A stretch of 64,000 bases of DNA from Octopus vulgaris (lineage: Eukaryota): NCBI GenBank assembly GCA_951406725.2, contig OX597815.1, forward strand, positions 71,424,001 through 71,488,000, in the 5' to 3' direction. Shown in pieces: positions 26,083 to 39,157 of the stretch. Positions within the stretch are counted from its first letter, which is position 1, and every line of letters starts with the position of its first letter. The notes beneath the pieces are model-generated. The model saw only the letters and a list, made by a program, of their open reading frames with translations, was not told where the DNA came from and searched no databases. A program made the translations under genes and the position numbers.

Positions 26083-27420
26083 TCTCTCTCTCTCCACTCT
26101 CTTTTCTCTCTCTCTCACTCCACTACCCATTTCCATTATTTTCTTTCCCTTCTCTTTCCCTATCTATCACTTTAAATACTTCAAATTAAAGTATGGTGGT
26201 GATAATACTGCTTTGCCAATAAATAGAATAAATGATAAATAAATAAATAAATAAATAAATTAAAGCAAATGTCACTTTGACCTAAACTTTTTCTTTCATT
26301 CCTTTTGTCTTACACACACTCTCTCTCTCTCTCTCTCTCTCTCCTATTTCTCACTTTTTCTCTGTTTTCATACTTTGTCTCTATTAACTTGCTCTTTCCT
26401 GTTTAATATATATTTTTCCCCTTTCTCTCACTACCACCCTTTCTGTTTTTCTCTCTCTCTCTCCCACTCTCTCTCCCCCCACAACCTCCTATTCTGCTCT
26501 GTTCCTCATTCACATTTATTTACCATTTTTCTGTCTACTCCATAATATTTCTTCTCTTCTTTTTTGCATGTTTGTCTTCTCTAAAAAACATTTTGTGGAA
26601 CTCATATCCATCATGTCTTTTTTGTCCCCACCCCCACCCCATACACACCTTTTTTTCATGCATTTCTTTCTCCTTCTTTTTCTCTCTCCCCCTCTCTCCT
26701 ATTGATGCCCTGCTCCTCCTTTTACACTTTTACTGTATCCACTTCCTTCTCTCTCTGCACTTTTTCCTCACTGTTTTTCTCTCTTTTGTTTCTATTTTTC
26801 TGCATCCCTCCCCCAGTTCCTCTTACTTCCCTCCCTCTCCTCCATTTTCCATGACAGTTCCTCATTTTTCTTGCCATTTCTCTATCTTTTGCTCATTTTT
26901 ATCTCACTCTTTCTCTCTCTGTTTTTCTCTATCTATCTCACTGTCCTTCTCTCAAATTACCCCCACCCACACACTACAGTCTCACTTTACTGTCTGTTGA
27001 TGTCTTCCTTCTGTCTCTCATTTTTTCCTTTCTCTATCTCTTACTGCCTCTCATTGCCAGCCCTTCTCTATCTGTCCTTCCTTCTGCCTCTGCATCTCTT
27101 GTCACCCTTCCCTCTCTCATTACATCCATCTCTAGATTTCTTATCTGCTCCTTCCTCCATCTCTCATTACCTCTCCCTCTCTCATCTCATTAACTATCCC
27201 TCCCTATTTAGTTGCTCCTCTCTCCTTATCTCTTGCTACCTCCCTCCCTCCATCTCCCACTGACCCTTTCTTATCTCTCATTATCGCTCCCCACTCTCAC
27301 CCCTCTCTGCCTATTCTCATCTACTTTCACTTTTCTTCCCCACCCCACCCTTTCTCCTTTGCCACTCTCATTACCAACTCCCCCACTCCCATTTTCTTCT
27401 CTCTGTCTCCACATTCTATT
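26040..27420 (+). repeat. Polypyrimidine low-complexity tract
   Basis: About 1.4 kb of CT-rich sequence with very few G on the + strand. Confidence 0.85.
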
Positions 27421-28560
27421 GTTTATAGCCTAGAAATTCTGTGAATATCTATATTCCATCTATTCATTGTACACCATGTGCTCAAAGTATGATCTGAACT
27501 TCTACCAACACAAATGCCTAACACACTGTTTCAATCTGTCGGTAGGGGGGAAGCGTATATCTTTAACACCTTTGGTAAAGTTATAAACATCAAACATAGT
27601 CCCATCATGCCCCACCCCCACTTTTAAAAGCTCTGGTCTATTGTTGCTTTTGATCAGTGTACACAAACACTACTGAAATTGAAACTGCATCATCATCATC
27701 ATCGACATCATCCTCAACATCAACAACGTCATACGAAATTTGAAACAGTTGAGGTGGCATAACTATTTGCTGAGCAGTATTTCTTCTGGCTCCTCACATT
27801 CAGAGTTCAAATTTTGTCAAGGTTAACTTTGACTGAGTTGACCTTCTGCTGAGATTTGTTAACTTTCATCTTTTCGCAGTGAAGGAAATAAATACCAGTT
27901 AAGCACTGGGGTCCATGTAACTGACTAGTTCCCTTCCTCCTCATTTCAAGTCTTTATGCCTGTCAAAGTAAGGATTATTATTATTGTTGTTGTCCTACTG
28001 CACAAGTGTCTTCCATCTTAGCCTTCGATTAATGCTTTCTGAGAAAATATGGTAAACAGAAACTTGTCATATATATATATATATATATATATATAGGTGC
28101 AGGCGTGGCTGTGGTAAGAAGCATGCTTCCCAACCACATGGTTCCAGGTTCAATCCCACTGTGTAGGACCTTGGGCAAGTGTCTTCTACTATAGCCTCGG
28201 GCCGACCAAAGCTTTGTGAAAGAAGCCTGTCGTGTGTGTGCTTACATTTGCAGTCAGTGTTAACAAATTGTGCCATCAAAGACTTATCAAATAAGAGATC
28301 CCTTACACCTGAAAGACAGGTGAGAGTTAACAACAAGAAAGGTATCTGGTTGAAAAAAACGATGCCTCAGTAATATATTTATGTAACCCATATTAGCATG
28401 GATAAACCAATATAAAATGAAGAATCAAATTATAACAATCACTATGTAAACATCAACAGAATTATTCCAGTTCATCAAATAATTTCAAGTTTGTAAAAAT
28501 ACCTCGTATTTCACTCGGAACTACTTTAGACTACAGAATCCTTTCCTATCCTGTCACTAG

Positions 28561-28667
<107 letters not shown>

Positions 28668-29523
28668 TTTTACAATCCACTTCTCATTGTCTAATTCTCC
28701 TTACCTGTCACTGTATTCATAGTATGCAACACCTGATGTATTTAATTACCAGCTGCATGTATCTAATTACCAACTACTTAGTCAGACTCCTAGTGACTGA
28801 CCCCTTTTGCTTGTTCATTTGATCCTTATTGCTCGTTGGCTTACAACTATTTGTTTACATTTTATTTAATGTCCTGAAATGTGTAACAGTTGCACAGTTA
28901 CTCGTTTCAAATAAGTGTATTACAGTTATTTGATATAATGTAAGCACTACAACATGAACTCTACATGTCTCAATACCACAACACTACCCTTATAATATTC
29001 TTTGTAATATTGTCTATAGATGTAGGCACAGGCTGTTTGGTCAAGATGCTTGCTTCCCAACCATGTGGTTTGGGGTTCAGTCCCACTACATGGCATCTTG
29101 GAAACTGGTGAGGGCTGGTGACAGGAAGAGTATCCAGCCATGGAAAATTTGCCTTAACAAATTCTGTCTGATCCAAGCAAGCATGGAAAAGTGGATGTTA
29201 AGATGATGATGACCTGGGTAGTAGTGCCCTTTTGAGAGCATGATGAACTCACTCAGGGAAGGTAGGGAGGTACTGGGTGTTTAGAAAAGTTGGAATTTTT
29301 CTTAGAAATAAAATATTCAAACCAGGTATGATACTTATACATTTTAAACTTATTTTCAAAGCAAATCTTTGTTGGGATTCCAATATGAGAAGGGTTTTGT
29401 ATTCTTGGGAATCAGAAGCATGGTTGATGATGCAGCAAGTTCCAGTATAATTTCGTCATATAATTCCTCACCCTTTTAGTAATTTCCATAAAAATTTAAC
29501 TTAGGAGTTTCTAGGCTATACAA

Positions 29524-31801
29524 ATCATCATCATCATCATCATCATTTAGCGTCCGTTTTCCATGCTAGCATGGGTTGGACGGTTCTGCTGGGGTCTGTG
29601 AAGCCAGAAGGCTTCATCAGGCCCAGTCAAATCTGGCAGTGTTTCTACGGCTGGATGCCCTTCCTAACGCCAACCACTCCGTGAGTGTAGTGGGTGCTTT
29701 TTACGTGCCACCCGCACTGGTGCCAGCCAGAGCTGGCAAACGGCCACGAACGGATGGTGTTTTTTATGTGCCACCGGCACGAGGGCCAGGCGAGGCTGGC
29801 AACGAACACGAAACGGGGCGGTGCTGGCAACGGTCGCGAAACGGAAGGTTCTCTTACATGCCACCGGCACTGGTAACACATCTGCAATTTCCATTGATCG
29901 ATTTCCATTGATCGATTTCGATTCTGATCCTCACTTGCCTCAATGGGTCTTCACAAGCAGAGTTTCGACATGCCACCGGCACTGGTAGCACATCCTCAAT
30001 TTCCATTGATCGATTTCGATTCTGATCCTCACTTGCCTCAACACGTCTTCACAAGTAGAGTTTTGTGTCCCAAGAAGGGAAGGTATGCATACGTAGGCTG
30101 GCTCCATCCCATGTAGAAGGCCACGGGTTGTGGACTCACTTGTCCTGCCGGGTCTTCTCGCGCACAGCACACTTCCAGAGGTCTCGGTCTCTAGTCATTT
30201 CCTCGGTGAGACCTAAAGTTCGAAGGTCGTGCTTCACCACCTCGTCCCAGGTTTTCCTGGGTCTGCCTCTTCCACAGGTTCCCTCAACCGCTAGGGTGTG
30301 GCACTTTTTCACACAACTATCTTCATCCATTCTCGCCACATGACCATACCAGCGCAAACGTCTCTCTTACACACCACAACTGATGCTTCTTAGGTCCAGC
30401 TTTTCTCTCAAGGTACTTACACTCTGCCGAGTGTGAGTACTGGCATTACACATCCATCGGAGCATACTGGCTTCATTTCTAGCGAGCTTACGCATATCCT
30501 CAGCAGTCACGGCCCATGTTTCACTGCCATGTAGCATGGCTGTTCGTACACACGCATCATACAGTCTGCCTTTCACTCTGTGCGAGAGGCCTTTTGTCAC
30601 CAGCAGAGGTAAGAGCTCTCTGAACTTTGCCCAAGCTATTCTTACTCTAGCAGTTACACTTTCAGCACACCCGCCCCCGCTGCTGACTTGGTCACCTAGG
30701 TAACGGAAACTATCAACTATTTCTAGTTTTTCTCCCTGGAAAGTGACAGAAGTTGGTCTCAGAGCATTTTCAGTGTTTATTGTTCCTGAGCATCTGCCAC
30801 ATACAAAAACCATCTTCCTAGTTAGCCTTCCTTTGACATTGCTGCATCTCTTATGTGTCCATAGCTTACACTTGGTGCATCTTATAGAGTTTCTACCTAC
30901 ACCTTTTCTACAGATCGAGCAGGGCCATCTACCTGAAGGTGTTTGTGATTTGTCTACCTTCCTACTGATTACGACTTTGGTTTTAGCTAGATTGACTCTG
31001 AGGCCCTTCGATTCTAATCCTTGTTTCCACACCTGAAACTTCTCCTCCAGTTCTGATAGCGACTCAGCAATTAGAGCAAGGTCATCAGCATAGAGGAGCT
31101 CCCAAGGGCATCCTGTCTTGAATTCCTCCGTTATTGCCTGGAGGACTATGATAAATAGGAGGGGGCTGAGTACTGAGCCTTGGTGGACCCCTACCTCTAC
31201 CCGGAATTCTTCACTGTACTCATTTCCAACCCTCACCCTACTAGCGGCGTCCCTATACATGGCCCGCACAGCTCTCACTAACCATTCATCTATCCCTAGT
31301 TTTCTCATTGCCCACCAGATAAGGGATCGGGGGACCCTGTCGAAGGCTTTCTCCATGTCAACAAAAGCCAGGTACAGGGGCTTATCTTTGGCTAGGTATT
31401 TCTCCTGCAGCTGCCTTACCAGGAATATAGCATCAGTAGTACTTTTCCCTGGCACAAACCCAAACTGCATCTCATCTAAACTAACTCTCTCTCTAATTAG
31501 TTGGGCTATGACCCTCTCCGTAACCTTCATCACCTGGTCCAACAGCTTGATACCTCTGTAGTTGTTTGTATCTAGGGCATCACCTTTACCTTTGTAGCAG
31601 TTGACTATTATACTGCTACACCAGTCATTGGGTATGACCCCTTTGTGTATCACCTGATTAACTATATGGGTGACTAGGCTATAGCCGACACTACCAGACA
31701 TTTTGAGCATCTCTGCAGTGACCAGACATTTTGAGCATCTCTGCAGTGACCAGACATTTTGAGCATCTCTGCAGTGACCAGACATTTTGAGCATCTCTGC
31801 A
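29524..31801 (-). mobile_element. Young 5'-truncated RTE-clade LINE
   Basis: RT ORF, a ~600-bp 3' UTR with internal duplications, a (GAT)n tail at 29524-29546, and a 28-bp unit repeated four times at the 5' truncation point. Confidence 0.93.
30136..31720 (-). pseudogene. RTE reverse transcriptase (5'-truncated, one nonsense codon)
   Basis: IPNDW..KGKGD..NYRGIKLL..QFGFVPGKSTTDAIF..FVDMEKAFDRVPR..GVHQGSVLSPLLF..LLYADDL..FRYLG..HGSETW..CGV*ERRLRWYGHV..GRGRPRKTW. A single stop lies at 30367-30369 and the frame is the same on both sides. Confidence 0.93.
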
Positions 31802-31860
<59 letters not shown>

Positions 31861-31862
<2 letters not shown>

Positions 31863-32343
31863 AAATTAATGAAGTTGATGTTTGATCATAGAGTGACCAA
31901 TAGTTTCACATCCATAAATGCTGTAGCTTTGTGGATGATTCATCAGACTCTAGTCCAAAGACAAAATTAACCTCTGGTAGGTAGAAAGCCATTATGGTTT
32001 TCCATAATAGACCAGCTATTTATGGACCTGAAGAGGGCAATAGGGGATCTATCTCTTGGGTTGCTATTGGATCGAAGGACTCTTCCAGGCTTAGTCAACG
32101 GACAGGGAATTCCATGCTTGCAGCAAATAGCATTTGAAATGGATGCATGGTGTGAAGATTTTTTAGCAAGCATTCAGTGATCCAGTCTCAGGGTGTCTTT
32201 GAGTAGTCTAGCTTGCTCAGCTATGCAGAGCTTGCAGTGCACACTCCCGTTGATATAGGGTCCAGGTCGTTCTAAGATCTTCTACCTGATATCATATGGG
32301 GTCCCTTCATCTTTTAGGCACCACACATGGCTGGCCAGAGATG
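31861..32343 (-). mobile_element. Penelope-like element 3' fragment (endonuclease C-terminus plus 3' UTR)
   Basis: Minus strand SLASHVWCLKDEGTPYDIR*KILERPGPYINGSVHCKLCIAE../LNAC*KIFTPCIH matches the PLE C-terminal pattern LSxHxWxLK..W.IL..Y..CxLC..E..LN..C.H. Confidence 0.75.
31889..31952 (-). ncRNA. Minimal hammerhead ribozyme, canonical core
   Basis: UAGAGU-CUGAUGA-A(U)CAUCCA..UGGAUGU-GAAA-C-UAUUG-G-UC-ACUCUA, with a 6-bp helix I and a GUC cleavage triplet. Confidence 0.8.
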
Positions 32344-32355
32344 TGTGTGTGTGTG

Positions 32356-32391
<36 letters not shown>

Positions 32392-34345
32392 TAAATATAT
32401 ATATGTGTGTGTGTGTGTATAATATTTATGTACACACACACACATATACGTTATATATATATATGACATGTTGAGAGGGATAAAAAAAGAAAATAAGGAT
32501 AAGGATCATCATCATCATTTAACATTCATTTTCCATGCTAGCATGAATTGGACAGTTTGATGGAAGCCAACAAGCCTCAGGACTGCATCAAACTTCCCTG
32601 TCAGCTTTGGCATGGTTTCTATGGTTTGATGCCATTTCTAATGTCAGCCATTTTACAGAGTGTACTGGGTGCTTTCTTATCATAACACCAGCACTAGTAA
32701 GGTCACCATGTAGCTCACAAGACAAGGAAAGAATGCAGAATTAGGTTCTGTTTGTTTTGAATAATCCACAGTTGACAATTAGTACATGATGTTAAGACAA
32801 GGACACACACACATACATGACAAGCTTCTTTTAGTTTCTATCTACCAAAACCACACACAAGGCCTTCGTCAGTCCAGGGCTACTGTGAAGGACTTGCCCA
32901 AGGTGCTCTACAGTGGGACTGAACCTAAAACTGTGTGGTTTGTGAAGCAAATTTCTTAACTACACAGCCATCATGCCCCCTCTCCCTCTGCCTTATTTTT
33001 ACAAAATTACGCTCCCTCAGTACTATTCTCATCTCAGTTGAGTGAGAGCTTGCCTTGCAAGTTACTCTGGGGATTTCATTTGTGCTAGTACCACATCAAA
33101 AAAACCACCCATCACACTCTGTCAAGTGGTTGGTGTTAGGTAAGGCATCCAGCTGTAGAAAACCTGCCAAAACAGACACTGACATTCAGTACTGTTCTCT
33201 GGCTTGCCAGCTTCTCTCACATCATTCAACCATGCCAGAATGGAAAGTAGATGTTAAAATTAAGACAGTGATGATGACTACAGTGTTAGACATCCCTCCA
33301 AACTACCATTATATCAATTCAACAGCATTCTGTCTGTTATATAGGCAATTATGTTATATACATACAGATTTAATTACGTACAGTCTACACAAACAGCAAT
33401 CATAAAGTAATTAGACCTATTATCCTGTTATCTCTCAAATAAAATCATTGTTTTGAAGTTATGTTAATTTGCCACATGTTGCCAGAAATATGGGAGGATT
33501 TGTCCCAATTCCAAAAATTTCCACTGTCGCTCATCTTTTCAACCTCAATATCATCATCATCGTCTTTTGTTTGATATCTGTTTTCCATACTGGTATGGGT
33601 TGGGCAATATGACAGGAACTGGGAAGCCAGAGGACACATTAAAGTGCAGTATCTTTGATATGACTTCTATAGCTGGATGCCCTTCATAATACCAACCATT
33701 TTGTAGGATGCTGTACTGGGTGCTTTTTATTTGGCACCCACAAAACAAGATACTCTCTCATAATCATCATCTAATGTTCGTTTTCCATGCAGGCTTAGGT
33801 TGGACAGTGTATCAAACATCAGTGTCTGCTTTGACATGATTTCTATGGCTGGATGCCCTTCTTAACACCCAACCACTTCACAATGTGTACTGGGTGCTTT
33901 TTAGGGAAGTCACTGAGTAACTTGCAAGACCCTCATCTGTGGTGGGACTAGTATTGAGAAAGCTGACTTTATGCCAGATAATGACAGGGAGAAAATAAAA
34001 CTAATATTTCCAGTTTATGTTAGAAGCCTCTTTTGTTCTTTTAGAAATATACTCTGTGTGTGTGTGTCTGTGTCTGTGTATAGTTTGAAGAAGTTTATCC
34101 AATTAAGCATTAGTGTACCAGATGTACTGCAAAATATGTAAATAATGTTGTGTATATCAGAGCATAGATTGTTAAAGTCAAAATGCTCACCTCACTCCAG
34201 TAAATACAGACATAGGTGTAGTTGGAAAAAAAAACTTACAGTACAATAAAAAAAGAATATTAAAAGAGCTAATTTGCAAGCAATAACAGGTCATTAGTAT
34301 ATAGTAATCTATTTAATATAAATAGATAGAAAAATATATCTATAA

Positions 34346-35028
34346 ATGAGGGAGTACCTAAAAAACCCAGAATTTTGTAATATTATTTTATTCACTTTTT
34401 TTTTTACCTGTTTACACTTTTATCGCCTTCAAAGTATTCTCCATTTGAAGCTATGCATCAGTCCAGATGTGTTTGCCACTGTTTGAAGTAGCATTGGAAC
34501 TCTTGCGAAGTGATGCCTTTTAACGCCGCCATTGTTTGTTTTCTTCACCTCTGCTACATCTGCAAATTCTGTAGCACCAGCTTTCGTCACCAGTGATAAC
34601 CTTCAAAACAGGTCTGGATCAACTTCCAACTGTTTTTTCAGTTCACAACATGCATTCAACAAGCGAGGCGCAAATTTTACTGCAGCTCTTTTCGTTTGCA
34701 ATTCCTCGCTTAAAATTCGTTGGCAGGAGCTCCAGTACACACCACTCATATCAACAAAGTTTGTCTATGTGTTCGTTGATGATCTGTCAAGATCAGTTCT
34801 TGAATTTTCATGATGTTTTCATTCATTTGGAAGGTTGACAGTCATCCTGAATGAGCTTGGTCCTCAAGTGACAAGTGACCGTCCTAAAGTGTGGAAACCA
34901 CTTGCAAACTTGTGGCAGTGGTCCTGTAAGCTCTTTGAAGCATGACAACTGTTTCAGCTGCCATTTTCCCTAGCAGAAAACAGAATTTCACAGAAGCATG
35001 CTGTTCCTTCATTTCAGCCATCACAAAA
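34346..35028 (-). mobile_element. Internally deleted mariner, irritans-like
   Basis: N-terminus MAEMKEQHASVKFCFLLGKMAAETVVML, then RAAVKFAPRLL, and C-terminus FKQWQTHLD*CIASNGEYFEGD. TIR-like GAGGGAGTACCTAAAAAACCCAGAAT at about 34348. Confidence 0.8.
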
Positions 35029-35314
35029 GTGGTGCCCCAGCATGGCCATAGTCCAGTGACTAAAACAAATAAAAGAAAAACAAAAACGCATATACATACA
35101 AATGCAATCAATCCTGAGGGTTAAAGAGGAAAGAAAGCGTTTTTCTTTCAGAATGTCCATATATTGTTGGCATTATATATATAAGTAATAATTTTAATTT
35201 TGGTAGCATACTGTTTAAAGCACATTCATTGTATTCAGCTACTTGATGTCATCAACAGTATGAATATAAGTGCCACTGGATTTATTTCAGGAATTCCTTA
35301 ATGTCTGTTGAGTA

Positions 35315-35728
35315 TATAACATATGAGAGAAAGCAAAAACGGAATTCACAAGATTCCTTATTAATCACTACAATCGTTTCAATCCATGATGCATCAGTCT
35401 CTCACGGGTGAGATTCTGTACAAATAATTGTAGTGCATCATTCAGTATAGCAGTGCCTCATCAGATGACTTGTCAAAAGGTACTCCACTCTTTAATCTCC
35501 GTTTCGCTTATTTTAATTAAAATACATTCCGTTTTTTGCCTATAGCTAGTGGCATACAAGAGAGCTAATGATTCTAGCTCAGATGAGGCACATCTGCACT
35601 GAATGATTCACCACAACCATTTGTACAGAATCTCACCCATGAAAAGCTGATGCATGATGGGTTGAAATGATTGTAGTGATTAATAAAGTATCTTGTGAAT
35701 TCCATTTTCTTCCTCTCATATGCTATAT
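35315..35728. repeat. ~150-bp inverted repeat (35315-35464 / 35580-35728), Penelope-type end
   Basis: The arms are reverse complements, e.g. GGAATTCACAAGAT..TTAATCACTACAATC vs GATTGTAGTGATTAA..ATCTTGTGAATTCC. Confidence 0.85.
35363..35470 (-). ncRNA. Minimal hammerhead ribozyme motif, canonical core, weak helix II
   Basis: AGUCAU-CUGAUGA-GGC..(long loop)..AUU-GAAA-C-GAUU-G-UA-GUGAUU. A degenerate partner lies at 35580-35681 on the + strand. Confidence 0.6.
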
Positions 35729-36269
35729 GCATCGAAGCTTGGTCAAGTGTCTTCTACTACACCTAAGCCTTGTGAATGGATTTGGTAGACTGAAACTGAA
35801 AGAAACCCATCATATATATATAGATATGTATGTGTGTTTGTCCCCACCACCAGTGTTGGTGTGTTTGTTTCCATAACTTAGCATTTCAGCAAAAGAGTTC
35901 TATAAAATAAATACCAGGCTTACAAAGAATAAGACCTAGGTTCAATTTGTCCAACTAAAAACCCTTCAAAGTGATGCCCCAGCATGGCCACAGTCAGTTG
36001 ACTAAAATAAAATAAAAGATATATATAATCTTCTAAATAAGTCAATAAAATGTTACCTTTATTTTTTTCCTGTCTATTTATTCTCCATCCTTTCTCTCGA
36101 CCCCTCCCCGCTCCCGCCAACCACTTCCTATGTCGGGTATCTTGTTTCTTTCTTAGGATATACACACTACACACACTCGACATCAGCCTAAATATAACCC
36201 ATAACTACTTGTAAGTACATTTTTATGTATGTATGCATATATATCTATCTATATATGCATATATATCTA

Positions 36270-36308
<39 letters not shown>

Positions 36309-37801
36309 TGTGCATATTAGTGTGTGTTTATATGTAGATATATATATATATAGCTTAATAGACTTGAATTTGGAACTTGTTTTACAAAGCTAAGTTTAAA
36401 TCTAAAAAGAAAGTTGCTTTTTTTTTTCCTTTTTCTTCTTTTCTTTTTAGCTTATAGTAATTTCTGCAGGATATATCATGTTGTCCTCCTTTTTCTTCCT
36501 CCTACCTCTCTCACACCTACACATTTATTCCCATGTCTTTGTCCTTTCCCCCTCCCTCATGTATAGAATTTGTAAAGGGAAAGGTTTTGGGAGTTCAATA
36601 ACTCAGCTATTACAATTAGCAACAATATATTTGTGCTATACTCTCAGTATGACACTATATCTGTGCTAGACCATATAATGGTACCTCATTATATTGATGA
36701 CAAATTGCTAGTACTGCACAATAATAATAATAATAATAATAATAATTATAATAATAATAATAATTTCATTTATTTGTCACAAGGGTAAAGGATGAGAAAG
36801 ACAATACAAAGATAGACATAAAGTGTGGGGGTATAATGAAATGATAAAAAATAAGAGGAAAAAAAAACTGGCGGGGAGTTATGATAGAAATGTGGCCCTC
36901 CTGATACAGGAAGGCTTCTAGGGATAATCGAGGAACCCCACTGTCTGAGATTTCCCTGAAACCCCAGGAGCAAGTACTCTCTCCAATTCCTTCTCTCTGA
37001 CTCACAGGTCTACATTTGGAGAGGTACCATCTACTCGGTTTCAAATTTTGGCACAATGTCAGCAAGTTCAGAGGAGTGGGTGAGTTGATTCCAGTGTCCC
37101 CCCCCCCTTCGTACTCGGCTAGTACTTATTTTATCAACCCCAAAGGATGACCTCAAAAAAATTTGAACTCAGAATGTGCAGTCCAGCATTCTTTATTTTA
37201 AAATATATTTAGCACATAAACAGAGCCTGAAAGATTGCTTGGAGATACATGAGATATTTTATAAATATTCCTAGTTAAAGTATCATAAAGTATGAAACTA
37301 TTAGTCGTTCTTTCAGTTGTGTATTAAATTGACATTTATCTCTTACTGGATGGAGTACTTTTTTTGTTGATTCTACTTATATTGAATCCATAAACTGTAC
37401 GGTCACACACACACACTGTTGATAGACTAGTCACTTCAGTATTTATCCCGAGATAACATCTTATAGACTTGCTGTGTTAAAAATGCAATAAATATAGAGA
37501 GAGATAAAAAGTCCACCCCAGCTGAGGCTAGCAGGAGAACCAGATGCATTTTGGCATGCACACACACATACACACACAGTGGGTCACAAAGCTCCATAGC
37601 CTGGGGCTATAATAGAAGACACTTGCCAAAGGTGCCACAGGGTTAAAAGGTAAACTTTTTAACCACATAATCATATTCATCTCTCTTAGCCTTACTGAGT
37701 GGCTTGTTTCACTGAGGAGGTCTCAAAAGACTGAAACATGTCCCTTTTTTTTTCATCAGTTGGATCATTCTAAAAACCAAATCCACTCTACTCTAACAGA
37801 T

Positions 37802-37991
37802 CAGTGGTTTTCAACCAGGATTCCACCAGTACAGTCCAGGGGTTCTGCAAGAAGTTACAAAACTGCTAAAATAGACAGTAATTTTTTAATTTTCCTGTGC
37901 AGATTTGTGTGCATAAGACAAATTATTGCACAGGGGTTCCTCGAGCCAGTGGAATGTTTCGTTGGGGTTCCGCTCCAGCAAAAATCACTTG
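37802..37991. mobile_element. hAT-like MITE
   Basis: Starts CAGTGGTTTTCAACC, has internal GGGGTTC repeats, and ends in a degenerate right end AAAATCACTTG. Confidence 0.5.
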
Positions 37992-38979
37992 ATCTTATTG
38001 GAGTTATCTTCCCTTGTTTTTGTTTTTTTAGAGTCTAAACACCTTCTTGAAAGAAGTTTTGCATACTTGAGGTCTAAATAATCTCAGGTTATCAAAATTA
38101 CTTTTTGCTCGCTAATATCATGTATGATATAAATTCTTTTACTTGTTTCTGTTATTGGATTGCAGCCATGCTGGGGCATTGCCTTGAAGAGTTTGGTCAA
38201 ACAAATCAACTCCAGTATATATTTGAAGTTTGGTATTAATTCTGTCAATCTCTTTTGCTAAATCACCAAGTTGTGAGGTTGTAAACACACTAACACCAGT
38301 TGGCAAGCATGGTGTGGAACAAACACAAGACGCACACACACACGTGCGCGTGTGCACACACACAAACACCTGATGGGCTCCACAATCAAATTCACATACA
38401 AGGTGTTAGCCAGGTGCTGCACAGTGGGACTGAACTTGAGACTATGTGGTTGCCAAGCTAGCTTTTTAAGCACACAGCCATGTGACCCAACTGTGTTTGC
38501 AATAGAGTACAATAGGTTCTACTATCACAAACAGTAGCCATGAATCACCACTGGCATTGTTTGGGAATAAATATGTCTCCTTGTTCCACTTCAGTCTATT
38601 TTAGTAACTAGGTTGAAAGCAGCAGCAGCAGTTGTGTTGATAATGAAATGATTGTCAAGAGAGAGTTCTGTAATCTTTAATACCAGATCACATTGTAGCA
38701 ATAAGATAAAAAGTACTTAAGACAACAGGAGAAAGATATATTTCAGTAACTATTAACATAACACCCCTTCCCTCCTCCTCCACTTCCTCTGTTTGTGTAT
38801 GTGTGTGTGTGTGTGTGGATATATATATATATATTTCAATATTTCCTATCTTTCCCCCCATCTATTCTCCACCCCTTTCATTGGTTCTATCCAACCTCCC
38901 AATATATCTAAACCAAAACACTCTTAATCATCTCACTCTCCTTTATAGTCCCTTATCTATTTCCTACCCTCTATATTTT

Positions 38980-39015
<36 letters not shown>

Positions 39016-39123
39016 GCTTTTCTCTTCATCACTCTGTCTACATCCACCTTTTTACACACTTTCTATCTCTCTGTTTCTCTCTCTCCCCCCTCTCTCTCTC
39101 TCTCTCTCTCTCAATATGTATAC

Positions 39124-39157
<34 letters not shown>

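Noticed and set aside
24736-27433. Poly-T/V/H and S/L/F/P-rich ORFs
   Set aside because: They are translations of trinucleotide and polypyrimidine low-complexity DNA.
31721-31794. N-terminus of the 475-aa ORF as a true start
   Set aside because: It is produced by the 28-bp tandem repeat. The element is 5'-truncated and lacks its endonuclease.
31693-31801. CRISPR-like array of 28-bp repeats
   Set aside because: The units are head-to-tail with no spacers, derive from LINE coding sequence, and the context is eukaryotic.
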